Assembly (NCBI GenBank): GCA_963705305.1
Contig: OY970067.1
Coordinates: forward strand, 4,288,001-4,352,000
DNA from: an uncultured Methylomirabilota bacterium
GTDB lineage: Bacteria > Methylomirabilota > Methylomirabilia > Methylomirabilales > 2-02-FULL-66-22
Length of the DNA stretch: 64,000 nt
Reading direction: 5' to 3'
The notes under the pieces were generated by a model that had not been told where the DNA came from, did not search any database, and worked only from the letters and a program-made list of their open reading frames with translations. This document shows positions 62,157 through 64,000 of this stretch, piece by piece. Position numbers and translations under genes: made by a program. How positions within the stretch are numbered: the first letter of the stretch is position 1; every line of letters starts with the position of its first letter.

Positions 62157-63588
62157 CCCGAACATTGCAGTTGAGTTCAGGAATTCTCCTCCGCCAGAGC
62201 AACTGCATTGCAGTTGGGAACCCACGTCAAGAGGCGATGGAGGTGGTTGAGGAACCGCTGCTGCCATGCGGGCGCCCGGGAAAGCCGGAGGACAGCCTGG
62301 CGGCCCACGCGGCCGAGGATGGCGCCGCAGGCGAACACCGTGACCCGAAGCGTGCTGAGCGTCCGACGGACAGACGCAGCCAACGCCCCCTGGAAGGCCT
62401 CGACGAGGTTGTAGAGCAGGCAGATCGCCCGAAGGGCCGCTTCGGTCGCCCAGAACCGCCGGGAGCAGAAGCCGTCCGCGCCGAAGCTGTACTTCAGTTC
62501 CTTCAGCCGGTTCTCGGTATCGGCCCGGCCGTTGTAGGTGCGCCAGACATCCTCGGGCGCGGCCGTGAGGGTCGTCACCACCGCGTGAAAGCGGTAGCCG
62601 GGCGCGTGGAAGAGTTCTCGCCCCCGGGCCGTGGGGCGCCGGGCGAGCTCCTCGCGGACGACGACCAGGCCCCGGGCCGTGGTCCAGCGCAGGGCTCGGT
62701 AGGCGATCTCCCCCACCTCCAAGCCCGGGGCGAAGGGGCGGAAGGCCAGCCGGTAGGTGGCCGCTTGCAGCGGGTTCGTGAACCGCGCGGCGACAATGTA
62801 GGGCAGGTGCGCGGCTTCCACCGCCAGGAGGAACGCCTCATCAAAGAAGCCGCTGTCGGCGCGGACGAGGCTGATGGCCACGTGGGCGGGGAGGAGCGCG
62901 CGGACCTCGGTGAGGAAGGCGGTCGCGCCGCGGGCGGCCCCGGTGTTCCCGCTCCGCAGCCAGACGTGGGCGAGGCCGCGAGCCTCCGCCAGGACCGCGA
63001 AGAGCGGGTGGTGGGAGGGCCGGCCGCGCTTCTTGGGGTTGTAGCCCTTCAGCGCGCCCTCCTGGGTGCCGTACCGCTCGAAGACGCTCGAGTCCAGATC
63101 GCGCAGGGTCCCCGTGGCCCGGTGCGGCAGGCGGGCCAGGCAGCCGGCGAACAGCGGGGCGAAGGTCTCCGTCACCGTCTTCGCGGTGAACCGCCGGAAG
63201 AACCGGGTGAAGGTCGCCGTGCTCGAGAAGCGCCGCAGGGCGAAGAGCTGGCGGATCGGTTCATCAGCGCGGAGCACCGCGAGGTGCGCGAAGCGCCGGG
63301 CGCCGGCGAGGACCCCGGCGAAGAAGGCCAGGAGGATCTGGTGGGGCGGCGTGGCGTTGGGGGACGTCACCGTGAACGGGAGGGCAGCCTGGAGCGTCTC
63401 TGCCAGCCCGATCCGCTGGGCGAAGGCGATGAAGAGCGCGAGCCCCCCGAACGCGGTCACCGGCTTGTCCGTGAAGGTAATCCCGATTGCCTTTTGCCCG
63501 TCCATCGGCGTAAGCTCGGCCTGCATCGTTTTGTCCTCCCTTCGCTAGGGTGTGAGGTATGGCAACCCCACGTTAGCAAAGGTTCAGG
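62157..63588 (-). mobile_element. IS1380-family element (transposase 62177-63526)
   Basis: VTAFGGL, DLDSSV, GYNP.K.G.PS.HP, RADSGF and YNGRA..EN..KELK; imperfect ends CCCGAACATTGC and CCTGAACCTTTGC. Confidence 0.88.
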
Positions 63589-63695
63589 GCAAAACGATGC
63601 GCTTTTTTGACTGCAACGTTTGGGCTCAGTCATGATCGCTGCTCCCACAAGAAAAGGTAGCAAGAAGTCATTCGGAAGCCCCCCGTAGTGAGTTG

Positions 63696-64000
63696 TCACC
63701 GGGTTCCCGGCGTCGTGGTGCCACACCGGCCCTTCTTTAGCGGGAGGCCGGGTTCCGTGCAATCGAGGGCCTGGATCTGGCTCTTCTCATCGACCCACAT
63801 CACCAAGGGATTATCCGGCGGTTTCAGGTACAGCCCCACCACGACGGAACACATCCGCCGCGACGTGTTCCAGAGCGTCCCGGACCTCACCGCTGCTATC
63901 GGGTCCTTCATCGCGCACCGCACTTGGCACCAGCCGTCGTTCACGTGTAGGGTCAAGGTCGAGGACATTCTGGTGAGAGTGGCACGCGCTCAGGCGGTTC
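63696..64000. pseudogene. IS630-family transposase remnants
   Basis: Minus strand [29 protein letters not shown]; plus strand [17 protein letters not shown].....F......EDIL..VARA. Confidence 0.75.

Noticed and set aside
1..64000. tRNA or rRNA genes, including a tRNA target for TnsD
   Set aside because: None recognised by eye; a tRNAscan-SE or Infernal run would be needed to exclude them.

Overview
High-GC bacterial chromosomal window in four parts. (1) 1-14.5 kb is mostly housekeeping: the end of an IS1380 transposase, an M24 peptidase, an FAD oxidoreductase, gltB-gltD with a divergent LysR regulator, a RelE-type toxin-antitoxin (TA) pair and a YdcF/DUF218 gene. (2) 15.05-27.1 kb is a ~12 kb Tn7-like element (TnsA-TnsB fusion, TnsC, two tandem TniQ/TnsD paralogs, a zeta/ParD-like TA pair as cargo, no cas genes) that splits a vapC toxin gene; the two vapC halves rejoin in frame. 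(3) 27.1-52.2 kb is a dense island of about 15 TA modules or remnants plus a primase-helicase, a broken metacaspase and fragments of capD, vanZ, pilQ and aroC. It is punctuated by about 15 same-orientation ~30-bp sites ending in CAACGTCCCC, in two mostly alternating flavours. Several block boundaries fall at these sites, and one site occurs both empty and filled with an MNT-HEPN cassette. This is the best candidate for an undescribed integron-like cassette system; no cognate recombinase is visible in the window. (4) 52.2-64 kb is a surface-polysaccharide locus ending in IS1380 and IS630 remnants. All family assignments come from motif recognition by eye, not database searches.
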